Shown: positions 13,769 to 25,524 of the stretch, piece after piece
Layout of the letters: the number at the start of each line of letters is the position of its first letter
Numbering within the stretch: the first letter of the stretch is position 1
Assembly: GCA_025786725.1 (NCBI GenBank)
Contig: JAHLTZ010000002.1
Span: 496,001-560,000, forward strand
Reading direction: 5' to 3'
Origin: Syncephalis fuscata S228
Lineage: Eukaryota; Fungi; Zoopagomycota
DNA: 64,000 bases
Made by a program: the position numbers and the translations under genes
The notes under the pieces: generated by a model
The model's input: the letters and a program-made list of their open reading frames with translations, nothing else
The model's database searches: none
Told to the model about the DNA's origin: nothing

Positions 13769-16700
13769 ATGTATTTGGTACGTAATCTACTTGCTGGCTC
13801 CAGCGATGGACAGCTGCCTTCAGACACACCTCTGGCTTCAGACGCTTCTTCAGACGAAGACGAATACCTAAGTACAGATGAAGTATCCGACCTCGAGGCC
13901 ATGGAAGCTTCTTTAGGTGCCACTGCGTTTGCTACAGCAAGTGGTGGCCACTTACGTCATGGCTCGGATGGCGATCTACCTCTTTCACCCACTTCTGAGG
14001 GATTTACAGAACGTTCATACGAGCTGATTGATGCATTACAACAAAATTCACAAGTACCCATGTCAAGTGGATTTATATCTGGTATCTGTGATACATTAGA
14101 GTCACTCGATCACCGTGATCCAGCTACTTGCTTGGAAATGCTACACTCGTTACCATTGAGCGATAGTGAAGGAAAGGCACCAATGAGTACCTCATCGGCA
14201 TCAACAGCTGCTACTGGCAACAATACGCAAGCTTCACAGATTGAAAGTCGTCTACGTTTGGCTGTGCGTCGTTCGCTGCAACGACAAATGTATTTACAAG
14301 CAGAGCTCGATCGTTATAGAGCTGCATCCATGAATAGCACCACTAGCTGTTCTATCTCAACGGATGATAAAGCCTGTACACTTGTACCAGAATCTAACGA
14401 ACAAAGAGAAGAAGAAAATACCAGTAGTAAAGAAGAAGAAGAGGAAGAAGAAGAAGGCGACGATGATGTAGAAGATACTATTAAAACATCTACATCGGCT
14501 ACATCATCGATAGATAATTTATCATCATGCTGCATTCGTGAATGTACACGTGTTGCACAGGCCGTTATGTTGGGCGATCTTACACAACGTATTCACTGTG
14601 GATGCAACTCATCAACGATGACCGATTTAAAGACAGTAATGAATGGTATGGTGGGCCGACTTCATTCATTTACGGCCGATGTTGTTCGATTTGCACTGGA
14701 GAACAGTGTTCAAGGTCGTCTCGGCGTACAAATGGCTGGCGATCATCAAAAGGGCGACTGGCTAGATATTATCAAGCGCTTAATGCTATGTCATTTAATC
14801 ATTCAGAACAGGTAAGCATTAATGATTAGATTATGGCTTATTAATTAAACTAACATTTTGTAAGGTGCGTGATATTGCTGAAGTGAGTACTGCTGTTGCC
14901 AAGGGTGATTTATCAAAGAAGATTACTGTTGACGTTAAAGGTGAAACATTGGTACTTAAAAATACAATTAATACCATGGTGGATCAACTTAATCGTTTTG
15001 CCCATGAAGTTACTCGTGTTGCTCATGAAGTGGTACAGAAGGCATGCTTGGTGTCCAGGCCAAGGTAGATGGTGTTGGCGGTACTTGGAAACTACTTACA
15101 GACAACGTCAACACTATGGCCAGCAATTTAACGGCTCAAGTGCGTGATATTGCCAATGTATCTAAAGCTGTGGCGCAAGGCGATTTGTCACGAAAAGTTA
15201 CTGTTGATGTTAAAGGCGAATTTCTTGAATTGAAGAATACGATCAATACGATGGTGGATCAGCTGCAGACTTTTGCAATGGAAGTTACTCGTGTGTCGTT
15301 GGAAGTCGGCACAGAAGGCAAACTTGGTGGTCAAGCTGTTGTAAAGGACGTGGGCGGTACCTGGAAAGATCTTACGGACAATGTCAATCTAATGGCCAGT
15401 AATCTAACAGGCCAAGTACGTGATATTGCCACTGTGTGTAAAGCTGTTGCATGTGGTGATTTATCGCGTAAGATTACTGTACGATCGCGTGGTGAAATTC
15501 TGGATCTAAAGGTGACCATCAATACTATGGTCGATCAATTGCGTACTTTTGCCGCAGAAGTGACGCGAGTATCACGTGAAGTCGGTACAGAAGGCAAACT
15601 TGGTGGCCAAGCTGAAGTGAAAGGCGTTGGCGGTACCTGGAAAGAACTGACTGACAATGTAAATTTAATGGCCAGCAATTTGACTGATCAAGTACGTGAT
15701 ATAGCCAATGTATCTAAAGCTGTGGCTAGAGGTGATTTATCGAAGAAGATTACAGTGAATGTTAAAGGCGAAATACTTGATTTGAAAAATACATCAATAC
15801 CATGGTGGACCAGCTGCAGACCTTTGCAACTGAAGTAACTCGTGTGTCGTTGGAAGTCGGTACAGAAGGCAAACTTGGTGGCCAGCTGTTGTGAAGGATG
15901 CAGCCGGTACTTGGAAGGATTTAACTGACAATGTCAATACAATGGCAGCCAATCTTACTTCACAAGTACGGTCTATTGCCACTGTTACTATGGCTGTAGC
16001 TAGAGGTGATTTATCCAAAAAGATTGTCGTCGACGTCAAAGGTGAAATTTTGGATTTAAAAACAACAGTCAATTCTATGGTCGATCAATTGCGTACATTT
16101 GCGGCCGAAGTAACACGAGTGTCACGTGAAGTCGGTACAGAAGGCAAACTTGGTGGCCAGGCTGTAGTGAAGGACGTCAATGGTACCTGGAAAGAACTGA
16201 CTGACAATGTAAATCAAATGGCCAGCAATTTAACGGCCCAAGTACGTGATATTGCCAATGTATCTAAAGCTGTGGCCAGAGGTGATTTGTCCAAGAAGAT
16301 TACCGTCGATTCAAAGGGTGAAATACTTGAATTGAAGAATACGATCAATACGATGGTGGACCAGCTGCAGACCTTTGCAATGGAAGTAACTCGTGTGTCG
16401 TTGGAAGTCGGCACAGAAGGCAAACTTGGTGGTCAAGCTGTGGTGAAGGATGTCAGCGGTACTTGGAAGGATTTAACTGACAATGTCAATACAATGGCGG
16501 CCAATCTTACTTCACAAGTGCGGTCTATTGCCACTGTTACTATGGCTGTAGCTAGAGGTGATTTATCCAAAAAGATCGTCGTCGACGTCAAAGGCGAAAT
16601 TTTGGATTTAAAAACAACAGTCAATTCTATGGTCGATCAATTGCGTACATTTGCGGCCGAAGTAACACGAGTGGCACGGGAAGTCGGCACAGAAGGCAAA

Positions 16701-19424
16701 CTTGGTGGTCAAGCTGTTGTAAAAGATGTAGGCGGCACTTGGAAGGATTTAACTGACAATGTAAATCAAATGGCCAGCAATTTAACGGCCCAAGTACGTG
16801 ATATTGCCAATGTATCTAAAGCTGTGGCCAGAGGTGATTTATCCAAGCAGATTACCGTCGATTCAAAGGGTGAAATACTTGAATTGAAGAATACGATCAA
16901 TACGATGGTGGACCAGCTGCAGACCTTTGCAATGGAAGTAACTCGTGTGTCGTTGGAAGTCGGTACAGAAGGCAAACTTGGTGGCCAGGCTGTGTGAAGG
17001 ATGCAGCCGGTACTTGGAAGGATTTAACTGACAATGTCAATACAATGGCGGCCAATCTTACTTCACAAGTGCGATCCATTGCTAATGTTACCATGGCTGT
17101 AGCTAGAGGCGATTTATCCAAAAAGATTACTGTCAATGTTAAAGGTGAAATCTTGGATTTAAAAACAACAGTCAATTCTATGGTCGATCAATTGCGTACA
17201 TTTGGTGCAGAAGTAACGCGAGTGGCACGGGAAGTCGGCACAGAAGGCAAACTTGGTGGCCAGGCTGTCGTCAAGGACGTCAGTGGTACTTGGAAGGATC
17301 TTACAGACAATGTAAATCTAATGGCCAGTAATTTGACCAGCCAAGTACGTGATATGCTACTGTTTGTAAATCAGTAGCATGTGGCGATTTATCCAAGAAA
17401 ATTACTGTCGATTCAAAGGGCGAAATTCTAGACTTGAAGAATACAATTAATACGATGGTTGATCAACTTCGCACTTTTGCAATTGAAGTAACACGCGTGG
17501 CACGTGAAGTTGGTACTGAAGGTCGTCTAGGAGTGCAAGCTGAAGTACACGGTGTCGAAGGTACTTGGAAAGGTCTAACCGAAGCTGTCAATACAATGGC
17601 GGCCAACTTGACTTCGCAAGTAAGAGCATTTGCACAAATTTCGGCATCTGCTACCGATGGTGACTTTACACGATTCATTACCGTTGAAGCAAGTGGTGAA
17701 ATGGACTCGCTCAAAACGAAGATTAATCAGATGGTGTATAATTTACGTGAAAGTATTCAGAAAAACACTGCAGCTCGTGAAGCGGCTGAATGGCCAATCG
17801 TGCCAAGAGTGAATTCCTTGCCAATACGTCGCATGAGGTAAGTGTATTTATCAATGTATTAATTAATGAGTTATACATTTTATTAACTTTATGTTTACTA
17901 CTTTAGATTCGTACGCCGATGAACGGAATTATTGGCATGACTGCATTGACGCTAGAGACTGAATTAACTCGCCAACAACGTGAAAATCTAATGATTGTCA
18001 GTTCACTGGCCAACACGCTGCTTACCATTATCGATGATATTCTCGATATTTCCAAGATTGAGGCGAATAAATTGGTTATCGAGCAGACACCATTCTCGTT
18101 ACGTATGGCCGTCTTTGGTGTACTCAAGTCACTGACCGTTAAAGCAAATCAAAAGAAGCTTGATTTAATTTACGATGTGGATAAGGATATTCCAGATCAG
18201 CTTATCGGTGATCCATTGCGTGTTCGACAAGTTATTACCAATTTAATTGGTAATGCTATTAAATTCACCAACGAAGGACGTGTTGTGTTGCAAGCACGAG
18301 CCAGAGAGATTTCGCACGACAAGGTAGTGCTAGTATTCTGCGTCCACGACACCGGCATTGGCATTGAAAGCAGCAAGGTCAATTTAATCTTTGATACTTT
18401 CTGCCAAGCAGATGGGTCTACTACTCGTAAATTTGGCGGTACTGGCCTTGGTTTGTCGATTTCAAAACGACTAGTATCACTAATGGGTGGACAGCTATGG
18501 GTACGCAGTACATTTGGTGAAGGCAGTCAATTCTACTTTACAGTAGAGTTCCAGCCTGGTGAAATGACTTATGATCAGGTGCTGAAACGCATCTCTCCCT
18601 ACAAGAGCCGTAGTATTCTTCTATTAAGCACAATCAGTGTACCTGTTTGGGATCGCCTTGTAGAGATGCTAGAGGCACTTAGTCTGCGTCCTGTGCCTGC
18701 TGTAACTGTTGAAGAAGCAGCAGCTCTTACAACACCACCCAAACGCAAGACAGGTCCTATGTTTGATGCAGTAATTGTCGATGACCTTGGTGTTGTAGAG
18801 AAGCTACGTGAAGTTGCATCGCTTCGTTATGTACCTATTGTTTTATTGGTACTAGGTGAGCCTAGAATGAAGATGAAGACATGTATAGATCTGGGTATTG
18901 CTTCATACGTTCATGCGCCATTGCGCTATCCTGACGTTATGAACGCGCTATTACCGGCTATGGAATCGCACGTTGTCTTGCCAGACTCGTCTGGCCAGCC
19001 ACGTACTCGTTTGCACATATTACTTGCCGAAGACAATATTGTCAATCAAAAGCTGGCTGTGCGCATTCTCGAAAAGTTCGGCCATCGCGTCTCTATTGTA
19101 TCGAATGGACAAATGGCCGTGGAAGCTGTACAAAAAGATTCATACGATCTTATTCTTATGGATGTGCAAATGCCTATCATGGGCGGATTTGAGGCAACAC
19201 AGCGTATTCGCGAATGGGAACGCTGCACCGAAGTTATACATCCTATTCCGATTATTGCACTAACTGCTCATGCTATGATTGGTGATCGCGAGAAATGTAT
19301 GGCAGCAGGCATGGACGAGTACATTACGAAGCCATTGCGATTCAACGAACTAATTGCTACAATTAACAAGTTTGTAGTGAAGATTGAGAATGGCATGTCG
19401 GCCGAACATCATGGCGTTGTTTAA
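13769..19424 (+). CDS. NIK1: Group III (Nik1/Os-1-type) hybrid histidine kinase: poly-HAMP, HisKA, HATPase, degenerate receiver and receiver
   Basis: Tandem 92-aa VRDIA...[10 protein letters not shown]...[11 protein letters not shown] units; H-box [11 protein letters not shown]|IRTPMNG split by intron 17838-17906; N box [10 protein letters not shown]; G boxes DTGIGI and GGTGLGL; receiver LAEDN...LMDVQMP...YITKP. Another intron at about 14812-14864. About seven 1-nt deletions fragment the ORF. Confidence 0.95.
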
Positions 19425-19906
19425 TTTTTGTTTGTGCTTAGTTTCCTTTTTTTCCATTCCTACCACATGTATGTCCTTCGTGTACTATGCCTAAGTAGTG
19501 TCACGGACTGCGGTATCTTTCAACATAACTATTGTTTCCTAGTTCTGTATCATGTTGATGCTTATTTCAATACATTGGGACACGCCATTTCTATTATATT
19601 AAAATATTGTTTTAAAAAATGGTTTATTAGTAATAGTGTAATGTTATATTTTTATACGATCAAAACATTTCTATTATTTTACAATAAGATAGTAGTCAAC
19701 TAGAATATATTAAATACAATTTTGTTTATCGTAATAAGACATCTTTTATTATTTTACAATAGCTTAATAAATTAGAATATATAAACAAAATTGTATGTGA
19801 TATATTCATGACACTCGGACTATTTTAAAACACCAATAAATTATAATATGCCAAATGCAAGTTTGCTTTATTTTACACGATTATATACTCAAATCTAATA
19901 ATAGTA

Positions 19907-20960
19907 CTATTGCGTATAATTTGGTAGTCTATCAAGACTGCCAGGAATACTCATTTTTGCTTCTATTTCCTTGTTATTAGGCGGGTCTACAGAAAGATCT
20001 GGGTGATTCTTCATGGCACGCAGTGTTGCAGTATTCCTATCTTCGCCATAAATATACGAATAAAACTTGCTCAAAAAATTCCATCCTTTTTTTTGTACTT
20101 CATTGGCCTTAAAAAGTCTTGAATTTTGAGCAAACTCAAGAAAATCTGCACGATGTATATTATCAAAATTTCCATATAAAATGTGTTTGGAAGAAATGCA
20201 TGCTTTAATGCCGTAGTTAGTATTTAAACGACAAAAACAGTTGACTAAACATACCATTTTCAAACATTGCATTAAAAAGCCATCCTTTCGATTTCATATA
20301 ACTGGCCACTAAAATCTAATTAGTACGAATAAATTATGCTATGTGTGGCACTTACCGGCTGTAAGCTGGTTCATAATTTCTTGTTTTTGTGGAAGCGAGT
20401 GAGACTTTGAATCAACATAGTCTAATAATCCTTTATCACAGCCGGGTGTATGATGAACATAACAACGCTTTCCGCCCACTTCCCTCGCTGCTAAAAGCTC
20501 GGGCAGGTAGTGACTAATCTTCATAAACTCTGGTTTTTTATTCAAAGAATCTTTAGCCCAGCTCTACCAAGAACAATTAAATTAATAATGCTTATAGCTT
20601 TGTAAATAAAACTTACATCGAAAAAGTCAAAAAGAACATTAAAAGATTTGTCATGGCCGCAAACAACTTTAACCCATTTCTTGGATAAAGGACCGGTGCT
20701 ATATTTGCCTATACCGATGTATAGTTCAGGGTAATTTCTTATAGGCTCGGTGAGAGTAAGGCCCTTGATGCCAAATGCATTGGAAATTTCTAAGTTTAAT
20801 AAATGTATTGATGTTAATAACTAAAATAGTGTAATGTAAACAATAGTGGTAGGCTATTGTCACGAGCCATACCTGGAGCCGCAATAACGTCACGAACAGT
20901 TGATAACGCCAACAGTGTGGCAGCTATAACGGTAAGTCGAGAGTTGAAGAAGAAACCCAT
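19907..20960 (-). CDS. Secreted protein of about 270 aa with a degenerate protein-kinase-like fold (pseudokinase), 5 exons
   Basis: Signal peptide MGFFFNSRLTVIAATLLALSTVRDVIAAP. Four GT-AG introns (about 20790-20872, 20564-20616, 20309-20355, 20203-20254) splice into one frame. The segment IMNQLTAVASYMKSKGWLFNAMFENACISSKHILYGNFD follows the kinase VIa-VII pattern. Confidence 0.7.
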
Positions 20961-21700
20961 AATGACGCGTTAGCTTTGATTCAAAAAATAAAGTTTGCTT
21001 TTAAAGGAACTTTGCCAAGGTTTGAATATCTATGCGAGTGAAGTGTGAAATAAAGGATAGTAAATCTTAGGAAAAAAATTAAGATTTTATAGCAAAAGTA
21101 TGTGCTACTGGTATTTTACTTATTTTTTATTTATTAAACTAAAATGGTAATACGCATGGCGGAGTGTAATGTGAGGATGAAACGATTGAAAAGGCTGCTG
21201 TTTTAAATGATTTATTAAAGCGCAAAAAAAAACTAAAGCATGGAATGATTTGATACACACATTATGCTATATTTGTCTAATAGGAGTCGAAATGTATGAT
21301 TTTAGAAATTAAAAAGAAGCATCTATCAATGTATGATGCTCTATTCGTTCAACAAACAGTTCTAATAAAGGCAAAGCTTTGTTTTACTTATCTATATGTA
21401 GATTGGAGTCGTCAACGCTTTTTAAATTCCAAGTAATAAAACCACATGATGCATCATGTGCTGTCGGATTTACTATTAAGCATAGTGAATGGACTAATAA
21501 TAGTGTTGCCAGGTATTTGTATGAATTGACAAGTTTGATATTAAATTCTATTTGTATACGAGATAATGTACACAATTACCTGTATGAAATAAAGCTAATG
21601 ATCGGCCGATGCAATTGTGACTGTATGTACAAATATAAAATATTTATTTAAAACGAAAATAACGTGCTTTTCTAACAATATCCCGTTATCAATTGTTAGA

Positions 21701-22591
21701 TTAAACTACTTTTGGAATACCATCGCGTGGGAATATAAACAAGGCATTTGCTTCAACGAGCACTTGTCCATTTTTGGCATTCTCCTCAGTAGCAGGTTCA
21801 TGAGATGTCTTTGCAATGGCTATTGCGGAGTTGGGCTCGGCCGCTTCAACTGCTTCTAACAGTGCGCGTACCCATATTTTGCGGCCATCCTTTTTGATAG
21901 CCCAGGTGCGAGCACGAATGACCTGGTTTGCCATTACTGGACGGCGATAGTCGACCGACAAATTAGCCGTAAGTGCAGCACCACCTTCAGTCCAAACGTG
22001 CATTCCAAATATCTCGTCAACCAGCGTAGCTAGCAAACCTCCGTGAATTATGTTTTTGTGTCCACACAGCGCGGCGCCCAGATGGAAATAAACAATATGT
22101 GTATTGTAATAGGGGGCGCCATTGATCGCGGTACTAACAATACCCGGGTCAACTTCGCTCGGTGTTCCAGCCATACGAACACAGAATACTGGCCAATCTG
22201 TCAATAGATTTGGACCATATAGTGTTGATATTGCTAAATGATTTGCTCCTTGCTCGGACGACATAGATGCTAGTTGTATTTTACGTGGATAAAATTCCTG
22301 ATAATTTGGCTGTTCTTGGCCTTTGGCCTTATTACATTGATTTCTTAAATAACGTACAGAGGAAAGTGCATCTGTACGCTTGCGGGCATTTGCATGATAA
22401 TCTGCAGGCGATGATTTAGAAATAAAGTGTGATGCAGTCTTTGTTGTTGCTAGTTTGCTACTCGCATGGCTAGTTTGTCGGAACATTATAGCTCCCATCG
22501 CCAGTACGGCCATAGTTCCAAGCAAACCTATTGTAGAAGTGCCTGCGAACCAAGACGCGCCCAAGTTAGAGTCTAGACTAAGTGGAAACAT
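21701..22591 (-). CDS. HotDog-fold acyl-CoA thioesterase (PaaI/THEM4/Fmp10-like)
   Basis: HLGAALCGHKNIIHGGLLATLVDE, TANLSVDYRRP and DGRKIWV motifs; N-terminal hydrophobic segment; intronless. Confidence 0.9.
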   Translation of the reverse strand: MFPLSLDSNLGASWFAGTSTIGLLGTMAVLAMGAIMFRQTSHASSKLATTKTASHFISKSSPADYHANARKRTDALSSVRYLRNQCNKAKGQEQPNYQEFYPRKIQLASMSSEQGANHLAISTLYGPNLLTDWPVFCVRMAGTPSEVDPGIVSTAINGAPYYNTHIVYFHLGAALCGHKNIIHGGLLATLVDEIFGMHVWTEGGAALTANLSVDYRRPVMANQVIRARTWAIKKDGRKIWVRALLEAVEAAEPNSAIAIAKTSHEPATEENAKNGQVLVEANALFIFPRDGIPKVV

Positions 22592-23049
22592 ATTGGTAAT
22601 AAAGAAATGTACTTAAGCACATGGCGTAGTTAGTAAATAAACACCTGGTATTTATAGTTTTTAGAAGGCTATATGATTATTGGCCAGCTAAAATAAAACT
22701 CAATGTCTCGGAATCTACGGCAACTCAACTGCCGTTGACGCCAAATTTTTTCCAGTGATTGGTAAATTACATTTCAACGGAGTTCGGGATCTAGAAATGC
22801 CGATGGAGCAATGTAATCTTCGCATTTTTATCTTTTATTAATAAATTACGGCTATAAACTACTGATCAAACTAATAACGAAACTTGATTACTATTATTAA
22901 TTAGAGTCCTGACCCAAATGTAACCGATCATTAATCTAATTTGCTGAATGCAAACTAATACGAATGTTTGCCACAATCCTGATATTATTCCCATATTGTT
23001 ATGACACTATGACTAAGAAACAATATTTAGTGCTAAATAATATATGTAT

Positions 23050-24770
23050 ATTAATAAGTTTATTGTTATACTAGACTGAACTGCTGAGCATGTTTTATGA
23101 TAATGACTATTTGTGCTAAATGACTTTTATTTTTAATGCATTTATTCATTTACTATTAATCTGTTCTATGATGTACCGACATGTTGGGTAGATTGACTTT
23201 TATTATTTACACTCCATCTATTAATAAATTAAACGAATCTTATCAATTGCTTTCATTCGAATACAACATAATATTAAATGGGTAATAAAAAAATAAATAT
23301 TTGCAAAAGGACCATTTTTATTTAATTAATAAATGAAATAGTTTGTAATAACAAACAATGCAATGATATCGTGGTGTATAATAGCTAATAAACCAACCTC
23401 ATTTCTTAACTTTAAACTATGCTTTTATATATTTTTATTTGAATCAAAGTATAGTAGCATGGATAAAAACAGCAGTACTAATAGCTTATCTTTATATGGC
23501 ATAGTAGTCACAAGAATAGTTAGTAGCTGAACAATGAATTGATAGACCAAGACAAAAAGATAAAGATTTATTATTTAATAGTTATAATTATTTAAACAAT
23601 AGTTTGGCACAAGTCGTTGGTGCTATTACCAAGCAATTGAATAAATAATGACGGTGCATAAAAAACTTTTGGAATGTAGGTTAGAAATACGCGGTAATTT
23701 GTATAATTGTATCTGGTTTGTTGACAGCATGATTTATTGAAATAAAATATAGTAATAATTTGCTTAATAATTAAAAATAGCGTGTTTTACCTACAGAACT
23801 AGTAAGGTATACAGCAAACAAATGTACTGCAACAATTCATCATAAACGCTGATGTTAGTTATAATATTGAACTAGGAACAACAATGCAAAGACAAAAATA
23901 CTAATATAGTACCGTAAAAGCGCCAGCACTTAGACCGAGTACTAACGAGTGAGATTGTTCAAGTAGTGAAAGAGAGCAAAGAAGAAGGTAATGTGCTGAG
24001 GTAATAGTGTATATAACCAGCACAGTTGTTATGCTGGCAATTGCGTACATAAAGCTGCTGTGCACGATAACTGTGACGAATATATGCCGTTAAAGTCGCT
24101 TCATGTTTTAATTTGCCGTAGATCGTCACTACAGCCTGTACTGATAACAGCTTGTATCGTCTTTACAATAGCAGATCTCACTGTCATTGTTGAGATTGCA
24201 CATACTAATGCCAGAGAATCTGTAATGACGATCCATAGTAAATAAAGCATAAAACAAGATTTCACAGCATATGCTCAATATAGCATAAAAACAAGTCAGA
24301 AATATACTTATTGTGTCAAAGAAGCTGTCAATACCAATGATTAAAGCAATGAAGATGATTTGTAAAAAGGGTCAGATTACAAAAGAGCAATGCAAGTACA
24401 TAGTGTAAATAGTGTTTGTACTTGACTAGTAGTCAGTCAACTACTGAAATTATTTAGATGGTATATATGGAGTGTACAAATATATGCTATGGATATATGC
24501 TGTCAAGTGTGAAGAAAGAGAAAGGGAAATGTGATGACGTAGATTGTGAGATGTGAGCCTGTCAGTCAATATTTATATGCAGCCGAGTTTAATTGATTAA
24601 TAAATGGAGTGTAAATAATAAAAGTCAATTTACCCAACATGTCGGTACATCATAGAACAACAAGTGAAGCAATAGTGCATTAAGAATAAAAGTCATTTTA
24701 CCACCAAACTACTCATTATCATAGAACATATACTCAGTATAATAGCGAGTGTATTAAAAGATCAATTAAA
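23050..24770. mobile_element. Putative non-autonomous DNA transposon with long terminal inverted repeats
   Basis: 23162-23234 equals the reverse complement of 24587-24659 at 70/73 positions, with weaker similarity out to about 23050/24770. No transposase ORF inside; boundaries and target-site duplication not resolved. Confidence 0.72.
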
Positions 24771-24850
24771 AGCATAAAAGTCATTTACACCCAAAAAACA
24801 CTTATTATCATAGAATATATATTTAATATAATAACGAATGTATTAAAAAA
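24685..24850 (+). repeat. Two tandem units of about 88 bp at the end of the right TIR
   Basis: The pattern ataaaagtcattt...act.attatcatagaa.atata...tataata.cga.tgtattaaaa occurs at about 24685 and 24774. Confidence 0.65.
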
Positions 24851-25524
24851 GCCATATTATCTCATTGTAGCAAAGCATCACAAAACATTGATCATAATAT
24901 AATTTAAAGCTATTAATTTTAAACTAATACAGTTGTGTTTATTATTAGTGATTAGGTGAAAAAGAAATGCTCACTCTATAGAGTGAGCAAAACACAAACA
25001 TTGAACACGAATGTTTATCGGAAAACAATTAGATTCCGATGTAGAGCAGTCCGGCTGCATATGAAGAGTTGCAAGTAATGCATCATTATGCATTTCTATG
25101 TCAAAGTTTCGCGATGCGAAGAATGATAGAGGAATAGGTGGGGATAGAGATGCGTTCAAAAAACTGTTCAACAATCAAGATAATTGGATAGACACATAGT
25201 GCCATGTCTTAAATATTGAAACGCTATGTAGATGCTACCCAATGCATATGTATAAAAGAGTGAAAGAACCAATATTATATAATAAGCGTAAACACTAGAT
25301 AGAAAGATACTAGAGATGAGAGTTGAATAGGTGTAAATAACAAGATGTTTGCACAGACAAGAATAAAATGAAACCAAAAAGGGCTTATGACTACAGGCTG
25401 ATTGAACAGAACCTGATGAGTTGGTTAAGGTTATGACGGCGACAATTGTATAAAATACTATTGTTGGATAAGTGAGTTACTGATGTATCGATATTACTAA
25501 TAAACCGTGTAGATCGGCAAGCTC

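Noticed and set aside
15690-17340. Regularly spaced repeats as a CRISPR-like array
   Set aside because: They are 276-bp coding HAMP units without unique spacers, in a eukaryotic gene.
15331-17714. Repeated antisense ORFs within the HAMP array
   Set aside because: Shadows of the repeated sense coding sequence.
17810-17837. H-box reads ANTSHE instead of the usual ANMSHE
   Set aside because: A single T>C difference in a region with evident consensus errors; the phospho-His is intact. It cannot be interpreted without reads.
13769-19424. Histidine kinase (and BCK1) as pseudogenes or programmed-frameshift genes
   Set aside because: All catalytic motifs are intact, there are no nonsense codons or slippery heptamers, and the same 1-nt loss pattern occurs in unrelated genes.
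23980-24250. Higher-GC interior of the long-TIR element as a captured gene fragment
   Set aside because: Only short ORFs with no recognisable motif on either strand; a BLASTX would be needed.
25376-25480. AAAAAGGGCTT, identical to the 5' end of U11 snRNA
   Set aside because: No Sm site or recognisable U11 stem-loops follow, and it lies antisense to the kinase 3' region. An Rfam cmsearch would settle it.
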